DNA of 64,000 nucleotides from Podarcis pityusensis. Taxonomy: Eukaryota. The position numbers and the translations under genes were made by a program. The stretch lies in assembly GCA_964106645.2 (NCBI GenBank), contig OZ067040.1; one strand, given 5' to 3'. Positions within the stretch are counted from its first letter, which is position 1, and each line of letters opens with the position of its first letter. Under the pieces are notes generated by a model. It searched no databases. It was not told the origin of the DNA and saw nothing but the letters and a program-made list of their open reading frames with translations. This document shows, one piece after another, positions 49,312 through 61,356 of this stretch.

Positions 49312-50175
49312 CCGTATTTTTCGCTCCATAGGACGCACTTTTTCCCCTCCAAAAATGAAGGGGAAATGTGTGTGCGTCCTATGGAGCGAATGCAGGCTTT
49401 CGCTGAAGCCTGGAGAGCGAGAGGCATCGGTGCGCACCGACCCCTCTCGCTCTCCAGGCTTCAGGAAGCTATCCGCAAGCCTTGCAAGCCCGGTGGGAGT
49501 TCCCGCGGGCTCACAAGGCTTGCAGGCAGCAGCCTGCAGCCCCGGCGAGTGTCCGCAAGCCTTGCGCGCCCGGCAGGAGGTCCCGCCGAGCGCGCGAGGC
49601 TTCGGGCGGCAGCTTGAGTGTCTGCAAGCCTGGCGCGCACGGCAGGAGGTCCCGCCGAGCGCGCGAGGCTTCGGGCGGCAGCTTGTCGCCCGAAGCACGG
49701 GGAGCCCTCCGGAGGGCTCCCCGTGCTTCGGGCGAGTGTCTGCAAGCCTTGCGCGCCCGGCAGGAGGTCCCGCCGAGCGCGCGAGGCTTCGGGCGGCAGC
49801 CTGTCGCCCGAAGCACGGGGAACCCTCCGGAGGGCTCCCCGTGCTTCGGGCGAGTGTCTGCAAGCCTTGCGCGCCCGGCAGGAGGTCCCGCCGAGCGCGC
49901 GAGGCTTGGGGTGGCAGCCTGTCGCCCGAAGCACGGGGAGCCCTCCGGAGGGCTCCCCGTGCTTTAGGCGAGTGTCTGCAAGCCTCGCGCGCCCGGTGGG
50001 AGGTCCCGCCAAGCGCACGAGGCTTGGGGCGGTAGCCTGCAGCCCGAAGCAAGCGAGGCTTGGGGCGGCAGCCGCGGCGGGGGGGGGGGGAAATAATTTT
50101 TTTTATTCATTTCCCCCCCCAAAAAAACGAGGTGCGTCCTATGGGCCGGTGCGCCCTATAGAACGAAAAATACAG
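49312..50175. mobile_element. Tc2/pogo-type MITE with an internal palindromic GC-rich array
   Basis: TA|CCGTATTTTTCGCTCCATAGGACGCAC ... GTGCGCCCTATAGAACGAAAAATACAG|TA. Confidence 0.88.
49547..50040. repeat. Minisatellite: one 69-bp unit plus ~3.6 x 118-bp units
   Basis: GAGTGTC(T/C)GCAAGCC recurs at 49547, 49616, 49734, 49852 and 49970. Confidence 0.92.
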
Positions 50176-50465
50176 TATCTACACTGGCTGGCAGCAGCTC
50201 TCTATCTAGCGATGCCTGGTATTGAATCTGGGGACCTTTTAAAAGCACATCATGTACTTTGCCACTAAACTATAGCCTTTCTCCATCTAACAATTCCATT
50301 TCACTTAAAAAAATGAATAAAATACACATTAAGACTTGAAAAATACAAAGAAACTCCAAAAGCATGCCCTCTTTCTTGCTATTAGAAGGGAAAAAATAAA
50401 TATAGTTGAAGTGATATACAAGAATTAAAATATTCAGAATTAAAGTACAAAAAAAGAGAACTTGC

Positions 50466-50597
50466 CTTTAAGAAAGAGGTCCGGATTACTTTGATTACTT
50501 TATCTTTAAAATCTTGTAGCTGAGTGAGTGCCTGTTGACTTTGTTTGTATTGTTCCTCACAAAATTCATCCAAAGTGTATGTGTGGGATATGTCTAT
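50466..50597 (-). CDS. DNAH14: DNAH14 coding exon 10: IDISHTYTLDEFCEEQ...SFLK (GC donor)
   Basis: Acceptor ttcttag; donor AAG|GCAAGT; 44 codons. Confidence 0.88.
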
Positions 50598-51561
50598 CTA
50601 AGAAAAAAAAGGGGGGGGGGAATATATATAGAATAACTCAAAAATGCCCTAAATCTAATGCAAGATCCTAATCCTTAAGGGCAAAAGCAAGAAATGACAT
50701 AGCATCAGCACTAAAATGCAAAAAGAGAAAAGTTAAAAATCTGTGAAATTCTGTTCATCTTTATGTAAACACAGCAATCAACTTTGATAGCACTCCTTTT
50801 AAACCAGCAGTTCTCTGCTTAACTTCCCACAATAATGGACCACAAAACATAGCAATAAATATACAGGGTATGAGAATTGAATCAATTATCAGACTTCCAG
50901 GGGAGTGTCGTGGCTGGTTATTTGCATCTGTCGAGGCGCTGTCAACAGATGTAATTAAGTGGTGATTAACGAAAGCTGCTGTCTGCAAAATTGGCTTAAT
51001 ATTACATGTCTGTGAATCACCAAACTATCACTGGGAAGCAGGGAAGCAAGTATGGAGTCTTTATCGTAAAAAGAAAACACATTTAAATCTTTCAATAAAT
51101 AGATAAATATTATATTTTAAAATAATGTATTAGGAATTACATAGATCAGCATGATATTAATCACTTTATCATATATGCAACATACTGTGAAACTGATCTG
51201 ATGCAATTGATTCAGTTGTTACAAGCCAAATCCCAGACTTAATGACCTTGAACCTGAACCAGACCTAAACCAGAACTTTAGTTAAAACTGAACATAAACC
51301 AGAACCAAACTAATACATTTGATCTGATTCTCTTGTTTCTCACACTGATAGGTCATAATGCCCTCATCATTTATCAGATGAAATCTTGAGAAATGGAAAC
51401 CATACATTAATGCATTCATTTTATTATATTACATTTTAATTGGCTTCCAGATTTTCACTGGCTTCCAACAGTAAATATTTCTGTATAAGTAATTATATTT
51501 AAAGTTGTGGAAATATTTTTCCTACACTTTTTCTATCCACTGAAAATATTTTTCTTCTCAC

Positions 51562-51700
51562 CTTTATGAAACTGATAGTTTTATCTTCTGACAATTTGTG
51601 CTTCTCAGTGTTACTCACGTCCTCACACAATGCTTGAATATAAAGCAAGCACTTTTGTAATATCTCATCAGCCAGAAACAAACGTTTATACAACAGCATT
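51562..51700 (-). CDS. DNAH14: DNAH14 coding exon 9: MLLYKRLFLADEILQKCLLYIQALCED...
   Basis: AG/GTGAG boundaries, phase 2->0. Confidence 0.9.
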
Positions 51701-52452
51701 CTGCCAAAAAGAAAACCAGTTCTAAGTATAAAACCCATACAGATTCTCGGTTCACAGTAATAAATGTTAAGTGACATAACAGGGATGCCATGGAAATTCT
51801 CCAAAATTGTGTGCGTGCAGTGGATGAATGAATGTGTGTGTACAAACACACACACACACACAAACACACACTAATATAACCTTTATAGTGTCCCCCTTTC
51901 CCCTCCAATTTGGAATTTATATCTCTGACTATATATGTCATCCTATGAAGGTAGACCCTGTTCATTTTCTCAATGTTACTTTTAATCCTTTACCTATTTT
52001 CCTCCATTTCTTCATTATTTCTTTATGGCTGGGGAATGACACCAGTTAATAAAAAGTTTCTGTATTTAAAATCACATAAAGAAGGTTCTGAGGAACTCCG
52101 AAAAATGGCTGCAGTCATTGGCACCCATGGCCCTACTGGGGATAGGATTCAGGGCCATACAGTTTCATCTGACTCTGCTTCAGTGGCCACAGCCACAATC
52201 AAATGCATCTGTTTGTGATTCACGGACGAGACAAGTCTCACCCATTATTCCAAGGACACACTAAGAAAATCCATCTAACTACATCCATCAGGGGTATAAT
52301 GTACACTTCTCTGTTCCTATCCCACCACTGTAAACCATAATGGGCCACTACACACTTTGTAAAAATCTGAACTTCTGACTTACCTAATATAGTAATAGAA
52401 AATGAAAACCACTGCACAGCTTATTTGCTAACTATATTTCAGAAATGATAGG

Positions 52453-52604
52453 TAATAATAATAATAATTTATTTCTACTCCGCCCATTTGGCTGAGTTTC
52501 CCCAGCCCCTCTGGGCAGCTCCCAAGAGAATATCAATTAATAATAATAATAATAATAAGCGATAAAACATCAAACATTAAAAACTTCCCTAAACAGGGCT
52601 GCCT
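52453..52604 (-). mobile_element. L2 3'-end fragment
   Basis: Reverse complement of the 29030-29160 tail. Confidence 0.75.
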
Positions 52605-52649
52605 TAGTTTCACAAACTGTCTACACTAATATATTTTGTTCACACTTAC

Positions 52650-52712
52650 TTGCTGTTCTCTATTTTTGATCTCTTAGCATTGCTTTCCCAGGTGATAAAG
52701 TATTTCCTCTTT
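52650..52712 (-). CDS. DNAH14: DNAH14 coding exon 8: KRKYFITWESNAKRSKIENS
   Basis: AG/GTAAGT boundaries, phase 2->2. Confidence 0.85.
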
Positions 52713-53395
52713 CTAGAAAGAAAAAAGTAGAGAAAGAGATCTGGAAGATTGCACAACAAAAAGATAATAGAGCCACATGTTTACTTCAATTTTGTCACAA
52801 AAAGGAAATACGTAAATATTTAATATCAGACCCTACTCAAAGGTCTCAACTCCAGTAGCAGCAGCATTGTGAACTTAATAGCATACGCAAAAGAACCCAA
52901 AAAAACCCCCCTGGTATCTCTCCCAAGGAACTTGCAAATTCCGCAGTGAGAGAGACAGTAGATACTAGAGAGGAATAGTAGAAACAATGGGAAGAATGAA
53001 TATGAGCAAATACTCTACTAACATTGGTTACTTACTGTGAATGGGCCTTGTAAATTGGCATAGGGAAATGTCCGCATGGAAGATTGTGTATATTCCCTCT
53101 GTGCACAGCCTGCCCCCTCCCTGTAACCTTGGCAATGTCTGCCCAGGCCCAAGGATTCCTCGGATGTGCAATGTGCGTAGTCAACACCTTTTGCAGGCAC
53201 ACATCTTGAGAACTTGTGGAAAAGACTGTAACCTTGTGCAAGAGATTTGTGCAAACTGAAGAACAACATTCAATTCCTATTCTCCCTTCTCATGCAAAGA
53301 TATTGTGTTGTAACAGAAAAAGCCCTTCTGTAAGAGGAACAGCACTCCAGGATTCAGCCTATAATGTACTGAAAATATAATACAATCTCTCTTAC

Positions 53396-53508
53396 CTGAA
53401 ATTAAAACATATATCGATACTTCGTAATGCATAATAAATTTGTCTTTCACACAACCACTCGATTACTGGTATTATTTCCATTTCTTCTTTTCCACACACT
53501 GAAGTAAA
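53396..53508 (-). CDS. DNAH14: DNAH14 coding exon 7: FTSVCGKEEMEIIPVIEWLCER...
   Basis: AG/GTAAG boundaries, phase 0->2. Confidence 0.88.
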
Positions 53509-54091
53509 CTAGAAAAATGAAGCAAAACTACTTTCAGAAGTTCAAAGATTTAACTGTTTCCGCTTATTTTAAACTGTGAAGTTTCTCCCTTCTTACCTCT
53601 ATAGATGTGTTCTTTTATAATTAACCAGCACCCTATAAACACATTACTTACCACTATTTATGTTTTTTTACATCTACTTAATGAAAAAAATAAGAATGTC
53701 GCACACAGGAATTCAATCATTTTGCCTGAAAACCTGACCATTGATTCTAGAATTCAGAAACATTTGATTTTAGATAATCTCACAATTATGTCACTCGACT
53801 CAGTTTGGAGATCCAGCCATCAGTACACAAGCAATTCCAGTTAGACCCTTTGCTTTGGAAGGCACACTTTGTGTAGAACAGCAGATTGTCTGATTTTAAA
53901 TTTATGGAATTTACTTTTTTTTTTTTTACTGTGGCCCAGGTGAGCCAACATACACCAAGAATTAAGGACAAGGTGCCTCTGAAAACATACTCAACTCAGG
54001 AGAAAAGTCTACTCCAGGTTTCCTCCCAAGCTTTCTTTGTGTCAGAAACCTAATTTAGGATAGTGAGAGGATGCCTTTTAATCGTTGCTAT

Positions 54092-54984
54092 TGTTAGAAA
54101 ACAGGGAATCAGGAATTGCGTGTTGAGACCCCGCAGCCACCCCCTCGTTGGAAATAACTCACACAAGGACACAGATATTAGATTTATGTTATTGGGCAAA
54201 ATTCTGACCCCAACTTTATTGAAATAACAGAATGTGAGCGGTATTGGCTTAGGTCTTGATTGGACCTGACTATATCTGACTCCTGCCCATTGTGCAGGAA
54301 GTCCAGTAAGGGTAAGCCACCGGTAGGGGGAGCCCTGTCGATGCGAACCAACTCAAGCTCCCCCTGGTGTTCCCGTCGGGGTCGTGTCAAGGCCCTAGCC
54401 CCCAGCCGGGCTTCAGACTAGATCTACACCCCCGGATTCCTTTAACGGAATACCCTTAAGCATGGAGGGGCAGGTGATGGCCACACCTCCCTCCCCCCAC
54501 ACAAGGTCAAACAATGCCTAACCGCAACCCTAACAAAGTTGTGACGATTGCTACGAGGTAGGTGAAAACCGAGTGGCCAGTGCCAATTTGCCAAGTGGAA
54601 AAATTCCTACCAAGCCCCTCGGACAACCAAGGCACCAACCAAAGTCCATAGCAAGGCCATTGCCTAACCTGCAAAATAGGGAGGGAGGGTGATTGAGGAA
54701 GCGAGCCAAAGAAGAAGTCCTCTGGCTCGCTCCTCCGTTTAAACGGCTCCGGCCACGCCCCCCCCCCCCCGGCCAGCAGATTGGCTGGCCGGGCTCTGAT
54801 GTGGCCGGGATCCCCCAGGCAACGGGGGACAAAGTCCCCTGCCCCCGGTGGGGAGTGGGTGGCCACGTGGTCCACTGCAACTCCTCCCCACTGGGAAGTG
54901 GAGAGGATTTCTCATTGATATACAGTGGGATCACTTCTTGTGCGGGGTTATGTTCGGTGGGGGGAGAATAGCCCGTAAATCACA
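54092..54984 (-). mobile_element. Probable solo LTR (~890 bp)
   Basis: TGT...ACA ends; imperfect 4-bp TSD CTAT/CAAT; minus-strand CCAAT, GC box, TTTAAA and AATAAA in LTR order. Confidence 0.6.
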
Positions 54985-55185
54985 CAATGGCAAAACAACC
55001 TCCTGGAACTGCCTCTGCATGAGCAACCTTACCTTTCGGAGCTGGCACAAGATCTTGCAGAACTGTCAGAGATCTTGTGAGATCTCACAAGGCCTGTGAA
55101 GTCTGTGACAGCATTTCTTAGAGCCCAGTAAACAAGGCAGAGAACTGAAAAGCCATTTTTATGCAGGCTTTTCCCTGTTGCTTAC

Positions 55186-55350
55186 CTTGGATACATATGA
55201 AGCTGTAACAGTCCAATATTCTTTACTTTGTTTGGCCATACTTGGAGAGACTACTTGGAGGTCATATGGATCATAGTCTGCTTTAGGGTCATTTCTACTT
55301 CTTATGAGACAATATACAAACTCTCCATCATCTTTCTGTAATGCACCTTT
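55186..55350 (-). CDS. DNAH14: DNAH14 coding exon 6: KGALQKDDGEFVYCL...TASYVSK
   Basis: AG/GTAAG boundaries, 55 codons. Confidence 0.9.
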
Positions 55351-55390
55351 CTGATAACAGAAAATCAGAATGAATTAATGAAGAACTTAA

Positions 55391-55521
55391 CAAGTGTTTC
55401 TGAAACTTGGCTCCCCAGCTGTTGTTGGACTGTAACTCCTATCATCCCAGACCACTGGGCCCAGCTAGTTAGAGCTGATGGGAATCTAACAGCAGTTAGG
55501 ACCCAAATTTGAGAAACACTG
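55391..55521. mobile_element. Older copy of the 24262-type MITE
   Basis: GGACTGTAACTCCTATCATCCC...GATGGGA core; decayed TIRs. Confidence 0.6.
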
Positions 55522-55830
55522 ATTAAGCTGAGATTGTAAAGACACATAAGTCTTATTAAAATCAATGTAGCTGGACAATGTGTGAATTCACAAACTTTGG
55601 GCTTTGGAAATAAACAGAAAAGCTCTTAAGAATCTTAATAATTATTAATTATGAAGCACCAGCAATTCACAATACAAACATTAAGGTGGATAGTTCTCAT
55701 TTTGAGTGCTGTTAGTCCAAATCAGACTGCCAGAAACAATAGCCTAGGAAGTAGAGCTGGTGTTGTGCAAGAACAAAAATCGTAGCTCTAAACAGGAAAT
55801 CTTTCATTTAATAAGACAGCATATGGATTT

Positions 55831-55880
55831 ATCTATTCATCTATCTATCTAGCTATCTGTCTGTCTATCTATCTATCTAT
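55831..55880. repeat. (TCTA)n-type microsatellite
   Basis: Directly visible. Confidence 0.8.
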
Positions 55881-56249
55881 AATCATTAGTCAATACTGTA
55901 GTCAATACTGCAGAACATTTAAGAAGCAAATGCAGAAGGAAGATTTAAAATATTTAATTATACCACCCAAGTCCTTAAGTTACGGTGCAATAGAAAGCGA
56001 AAGACATAATATGTAAAAGTTATCCATCTACCAAATACTAGCTAGAGTTACCTTTCTTCCATGCCGGCCTATCTAATGAAAACCAGAACCCAAGGCATCA
56101 CTTCTCCTTTTTTTGCTAGGATTTTGTCGCACAACCACAATACAGAACCATCAAAATCAAAGACAAATTTTCATTAACTTCAACAGGTTCCAAACTGAAT
56201 CCTAAATACATAAATTAAACAAACCGACTTGAACTGAAAAGGTAAATAC

Positions 56250-56383
56250 CGGCAACGTAATCTTCTGAAAATTAGCTAAATTTGCCGGTTTAGCTACAAA
56301 TCCACGTCGTGGTAATGATGTCTCCCACCCAAGTCTATCTCTCAGTCTCAAAATATGAGATACTACATCGTCAATAATGGGTT
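56250..56383 (-). CDS. DNAH14: DNAH14 coding exon 5: EPIIDDVVSHILRLRDRLGW...QKITLP
   Basis: AG/GT boundaries, phase 1->0, DNAH14-like motif. Confidence 0.88.
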
Positions 56384-56487
56384 CTGGAAGAGAAAAGAAT
56401 GTAGTGAGTATTATTTTGTGTATAAACATTATAAATGTTCCAAAAAACCCTGTAATTTTGGTTAAAGCAGTAATAACATCATCATCA

Positions 56488-56558
56488 TATAACCCTGCAC
56501 ATCTGGCTGGGTTTCCCCAGCCACTCTGGGCGACTTCCAACAAAAGATTAAAAATACA
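56488..56558 (-). mobile_element. L2 tail fragment
   Basis: CATCTGGCTGGGTTTCCCCAGCCACTCTGGGCG is the reverse complement of the L2 3'UTR at ~29100. Confidence 0.7.
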
Positions 56559-56701
56559 AAGATTAAGTCTTTGTATGTGTAAAAATCCACATGCCATTCT
56601 AAAATTATGACATTATAAAGTGATATAACTATGACTACGTATTAAGCTTTGTCAGTCTGTGTAAGTTATTTACAGTATGCACACAAAGGATACATCTAAC
56701 T

Positions 56702-56888
56702 CAGGGGTAGTCAACCTTTTTTACCTACCGCCCACTAATGGCTCTTTCTTGATGGTAAAATTTCCTTACCTCCCACCAGTGCTTGATGGAAGGAGGATTC
56801 AGCTTGTGCCGTAGAACCCCCTACCACCGCCCACCTAGAATCCTGAAACGCCCACTAGTGGGGGTAGGGACCAGGTTGACAACCCCTG
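56702..56888. mobile_element. hAT-type MITE
   Basis: TIR CAGGGGTAGTCAACC/GGTTGACAACCCCTG; 8-bp TSD ATCTAACT. Confidence 0.9.
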
Positions 56889-57801
56889 ATCTAACTTAAT
56901 CGCACTGTAGACCTACTGAAATCAATGTGTATGACTAATTTAAGTCCATTAACAGGTGTGTCTTGTTTGGCATGGGGTGTCATGGGGTGCTTCTATTACA
57001 TAAACAGTAATTTCTGGTTTGAGGCAAGTCGCTTCTGCAAAACAGACATTCCCAGTTTGAAACATGCTAGTCCTTTTTAATGTGGATGCTGGCTTAAATC
57101 AAAGCAGAAATCATTATATTTAAAGACAGGTGAACTCACCCTAATTTGCATTCAATTAGCTTGAAAATTATCTGAGTTCTGGGGAGGAAACAGAAGAACC
57201 CAGATTTTTCTGAACCACTCCAGGGCTCAGAAAAGTAACTCTTCCTTCCTTGACATCTTTCCTCAGACCCAAATCTTCTTGCCAACCCTCTCAAAATCCC
57301 CTGCATTTCTTCCCTGCCAAACAGTGGTTGAAGCAGGAATTCCCTCCCCTGGAGACACAGATGACCAAAATGCTGATGAGACATCTTCTTTGGTGATTTT
57401 TTTCCTCTCTCTTCCAAGCTTTTGAAGGTTTTGTTTAGATGCCTTACAAAATTGTTCTGAGTTTAGGATTATTCTGCACTGCAGCATTAACTGTTTTATT
57501 ACACTTTCAATTATGATGATTTTAGATGTGTTTTATTCATTCTAAAGTGGGTCACTATGAGAGATGAAAAGTGCATGTGTCACATTTAGATGTCTTTTCA
57601 GTGAATTATACTGTATTATACATAAATTACTTTGCTTAAATGCATTATTTTGTCTGGGGTAATTTTTTTTTCATTGCCTACATCACAGACAAAAATCACC
57701 CATGGATAAAACAAATGCACTGACTTCAAGTACTGACTTCAAGAAAAGTACTGACTTCAAGAGTGCATGTGGCAACAGCATTTGGCTTTCAATATACACA
57801 C

Positions 57802-57936
57802 CAGTTTTATCGTAACAGGGAGGTTTTTTCTCTCTGATAGTTTTATGATCATAACCAGCTTGAAATTTCATGCATGTTCTTTTATGGCAACTTAAACGGG
57901 TAGAAACAGGAAGAATTTCAGACTTTTCATTTTCAC
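57802..57936 (-). CDS. DNAH14: DNAH14 coding exon 4: GENEK...KKPPCYDKT
   Basis: AG/GT boundaries, phase 1->1. Confidence 0.8.
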
Positions 57937-58415
57937 CTGGAACAGATAACCAATATAATTAATTACATAACCACTGTATTAATTAGAAGCCCAGGATATA
58001 TGATTACTGAAACTTATTGCCAGTTTCCGCTTAATATTCTTTGTTCTTCATAATATTCTCTGTTGCTCATGAGTGAATGGCAACCATCTCTGTCAAGAGA
58101 AAATAACTTGGTAACTGCAGTAAAACGAGCTGAATTTAGTCCTTCCTTCCCCAAATTTAGTCCTTCCTTCCCCAAATGTGTCTCAAATTACATCTCAATT
58201 GCAATTTGTGTGTGCATGTATGTGTGTGTATACATAACATGTCACACAATAACATACATTTTCAAGTGAAATATCTGATTTTCCTTATATAATCTCTGCA
58301 CACTTGCAAGATGTGCATAAGAAATTGGAGAAGGGGAAAATTGCAATTCTTAACCATTTCAGAATTCTTTTACTAGCTTAGCTATTTAATAACAGTCTTA
58401 GTTTCTCCATTATAC

Positions 58416-58612
58416 CTTTACTTTCAATGGAAACATCAGTTGATACATCACTAGTACAGCTGGATTCTTCCTGAAGAGGAACTAAAGAAAGTCTCTCATC
58501 ATTCATATCTCCCAGTTCAGAGTATTCCATGCTCTGATGCTGATCCCATTCAGTCAGTTCAGTACATTGACCAACAATTGGTTTTATCTTTTCCTTATGT
58601 ATTTTTGAGAAA
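58416..58612 (-). CDS. DNAH14: DNAH14 coding exon 3 (putative): FSKIHKEK...SIESK
   Basis: Strong polypyrimidine acceptor, donor GTATAA, open frame, phase 2->1. Confidence 0.6.
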
Positions 58613-59861
58613 CTAAAAACACAAAAAGAAAAATCTGTAAACTATTCTACATGATACTTTTAGCACATGCAAACAACTTTTACATGCCCCAGAATATGCA
58701 GTGCTTGTGTGGAAGCAGTGTATTAAAACATCACATTAATTAAGGAGCTGTTTTTAAATAAAATGAATTTTCAGCTGAAACATTGGCCTGTTTCTCATGT
58801 CACTTTGCAAATGAACGACATCCTGGTACACTAAGTGAGAATCGCAGCTACTTCATTCCTCACCTCCTCCTGCTGCTGTACTACCTAGAGTTGACTTAGC
58901 ATTACAGTCAAACCTAAACTTGTGGTTTGGTTCCCACAAACAAATCACAAGTGGGAAGAATAAATCTTGGTTACACCTCTTGGGTTCGTTTGGAGAGAGA
59001 CAAACCACAAGTCTGGGTAACCACTCAGGCAAACCATGGCTTATGTTCCAGCAGCAGTGGAAGGGTGAAGCAATTTATTATGATGAACTATGAAGAAACT
59101 GAATGCTGCCAATCTCATGTTTTCTCATAACGCTTATGTGGGGAACAAGGAGACACTTACAGGGGAAACTGATTGGCAGAAAGTGTGCTTAATCTCCCCC
59201 CTCCCTTCTAATCTCCCTTGCCAATGTCTCTTCCCCATCCATTTTTAATTATTTTTCTCCCAGCCACACTCCAAAACCATCTCAGCTGGGGGGGGGGGGG
59301 AATAGCTGGATGGAGAAGCATTTTGAGGGAATAGCAAGCCCAGGATGCAGTTCAGCCTCCAATCCTCCCAACAGTTTTCTCCTGTAAGTAATGCCATCAT
59401 CCTCACATTCCTGTTATCACGAGAAATGCAGGTTTGGAAACATGCATTTCCCAAAATAGCTCCATCCAGTGTTTGTGTCTTTTGAAGCTTATATGAATGC
59501 ATATATTATTTAGATAAACAGATCTGTTTCCCTTAAGTAATACTTTCATTGATCACTGAAATAAATGAATAGTCTGCTACATCTATGTTTTAAGAAACAG
59601 TGCTGACCAGAGCTAAGAGTCTGAAAGACTCTTGAATCCAGATACTGTAATGGTATCTGATATAAATCTAAGAGACTAAGAGACACTACAAGGTGATGGA
59701 TGGCCAGCTTACTACTAAATTCCTTCTGTGTAGATCAGCTCCCTGCTTGTGCTTTACAGAGACACACTATCAAATCAAAAAAGAGGAGGAACAGTTAAAA
59801 AGAGGAAAAGAACAACAAGCTAAATCCTAAGCAGAACGTAGACAATAGAAAGTTTACGTAC

Positions 59862-59968
59862 ACATATGCAAAACCCATTTTGCCTTCTTCTGCTTTGACT
59901 TTGTGTTTTTTTGAGCCCTCTGCTCTGTAAACAGCTGTCCGAAGCTCAGATGGAATCGCAGATGAAAC
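59862..59968 (-). CDS. DNAH14: DNAH14 coding exon 2 (putative): VSSAIPSEL...GFAY
   Basis: Acceptor ccttccag, donor GTACGT; phase 0->2 fits both neighbours; no recognisable homology. Confidence 0.5.
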
Positions 59969-60055
59969 CTGGAAGGAGTGAATGTTACAAACTGGTATAA
60001 AGAGGTATGGCAGATTGCATTACTGGAAAAAATGGTGAATAGATTGAGACTTGCA

Positions 60056-60341
60056 TAGTGTTGCCATTTCTTGAAGAGCAAAAAAGAGGACAGCCTGAGC
60101 TGCTGCCAGCCTGAGCCAGGGAAAGAGGTGTGCAGGTGCACAGAGCTGCCAAACCCGTGCACCTCTTTCCCCGGCTCAGGCTGGCAGCAGCCACGGCATG
60201 CAGAGCCACCTGAGGCAATAAATAAATTTAACCCCACCCCCTAAAACCCGGACATTTTCATTGAAATGTAAAAATCTCCCCAGATGGGCATGTTGCCCCC
60301 CCCCCCAGAGGACATGTCCGGGATTTCCCGGATGTATGGCA
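60056..60341. mobile_element. hAT/Tip100-like remnant with an internal hairpin (60099..60191)
   Basis: TAGTGTTGCCAT...GTATGGCA ends; ~35-bp inverted arms. Confidence 0.5.
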
Positions 60342-60910
60342 CAAGGACAAATTTAAGAAGACAATTTTACTGCAACTTGGGTAGACCGTATAGATTTTAT
60401 GAGTACAACCGAATACGGCAATCTTCTGGCAACAGCTGTTTGTACTGTATAATCTATTTTTTATAACATCTCTTATATCACTAGGTGGTGCTGTCTCCAT
60501 ATGAATATTTTGAATAAAAGTTTAATTATTTATATCACTTCAATCCATCTCAAAGCAGTATATATTTTAAGATTTTGCACTATTATCTTGGGTGTGTTTC
60601 ATTTTTTATATGTATCATGATTTAATATATATTGTTTGTCTTTTGCTTAGTTTGTCGCAATCTTTTATGATCTTTTATATTTTATTGACATAACACCAAA
60701 TCAGTTATTGTGTGGTTACTATTATGGAAATTTAAGTTGCTGTTTTATAGCTCTTATTTTGGAAAAGTGATGCTTGTTGTTAAACATTTAATAAAAAATA
60801 TTTTTTAAAAGAAGGAGGAATCCCAGCTGGAAACAACTGGATAAGAAAAACCAGTGACAACATTACTGTGTCAGAACTGGAATGAAAGGCAATGTAGCCC
60901 ACATTAAGCA

Positions 60911-61103
60911 CAAGGGCGCCAACTTAGATCCCTGACTGTGGGTGCACAACGTGCTGCACTGCATGCCATAACTTCGCAACGCAGCATGCATGCATGTGCA
61001 CCATAAGAAAAGCTGGGCCTGGGACGGCACTTCCTCAGGGCCCAGTTTTTTTTCACAGCACAAAATATTGTGGGTGCTGTAGCCCCTATAGATGGCGCCA
61101 CTG
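60911..61103. mobile_element. hAT-type MITE
   Basis: CAAGGGCGCCA/TGGCGCCACTG; TSD ATTAAGCA/ATTATGCA. Confidence 0.7.
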
Positions 61104-61122
61104 ATTATGCACTTTAGCATTA

Positions 61123-61356
61123 CAGTGGTACCTCGGGTTAAGTACTTAATTCGTTCCAGAAGTCTGTTGTTAACCTGAAACTCTTCTTAACCTGAAGCAC
61201 CACTTTAGCTAATAGGGCCTCCTGCTGCTGCCGGAGCACGATTTCTGTTCTCATCCTGAAGCAAAGTTCTTAACCCGAGGTACTATTTCTGGGTCAGCGG
61301 AGTCTGTAACCTGAAGCGTATGTAACCTGAAGCTTATGTAACCCGAGGTACCACTG
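61123..61356 (+). mobile_element. Tigger/pogo-type MITE, family A copy 3
   Basis: TA|CAGTGGTACCTCGGGTTA...TAACCCGAGGTACCACTG|TA. Confidence 0.9.

Noticed and set aside
49309-50268. Cluster of 160-250-aa ORFs on both strands; CRISPR-like appearance
   Set aside because: Stop-poor, GC-rich palindromic tandem repeat inside a MITE; units have no unique spacers, there are no cas genes, and the context is a vertebrate intron.
56052-56201. Extra DNAH14 exon (AG...GTAAC boundaries)
   Set aside because: Stops in all three frames, and exons 5 and 6 already join in phase.
57721-58174. Short local tandem duplications (TGACTTCAAG x3; AATTTAGTCCTTCCTTCCCCA x2)
   Set aside because: Ordinary slippage duplications in introns with no further structure.
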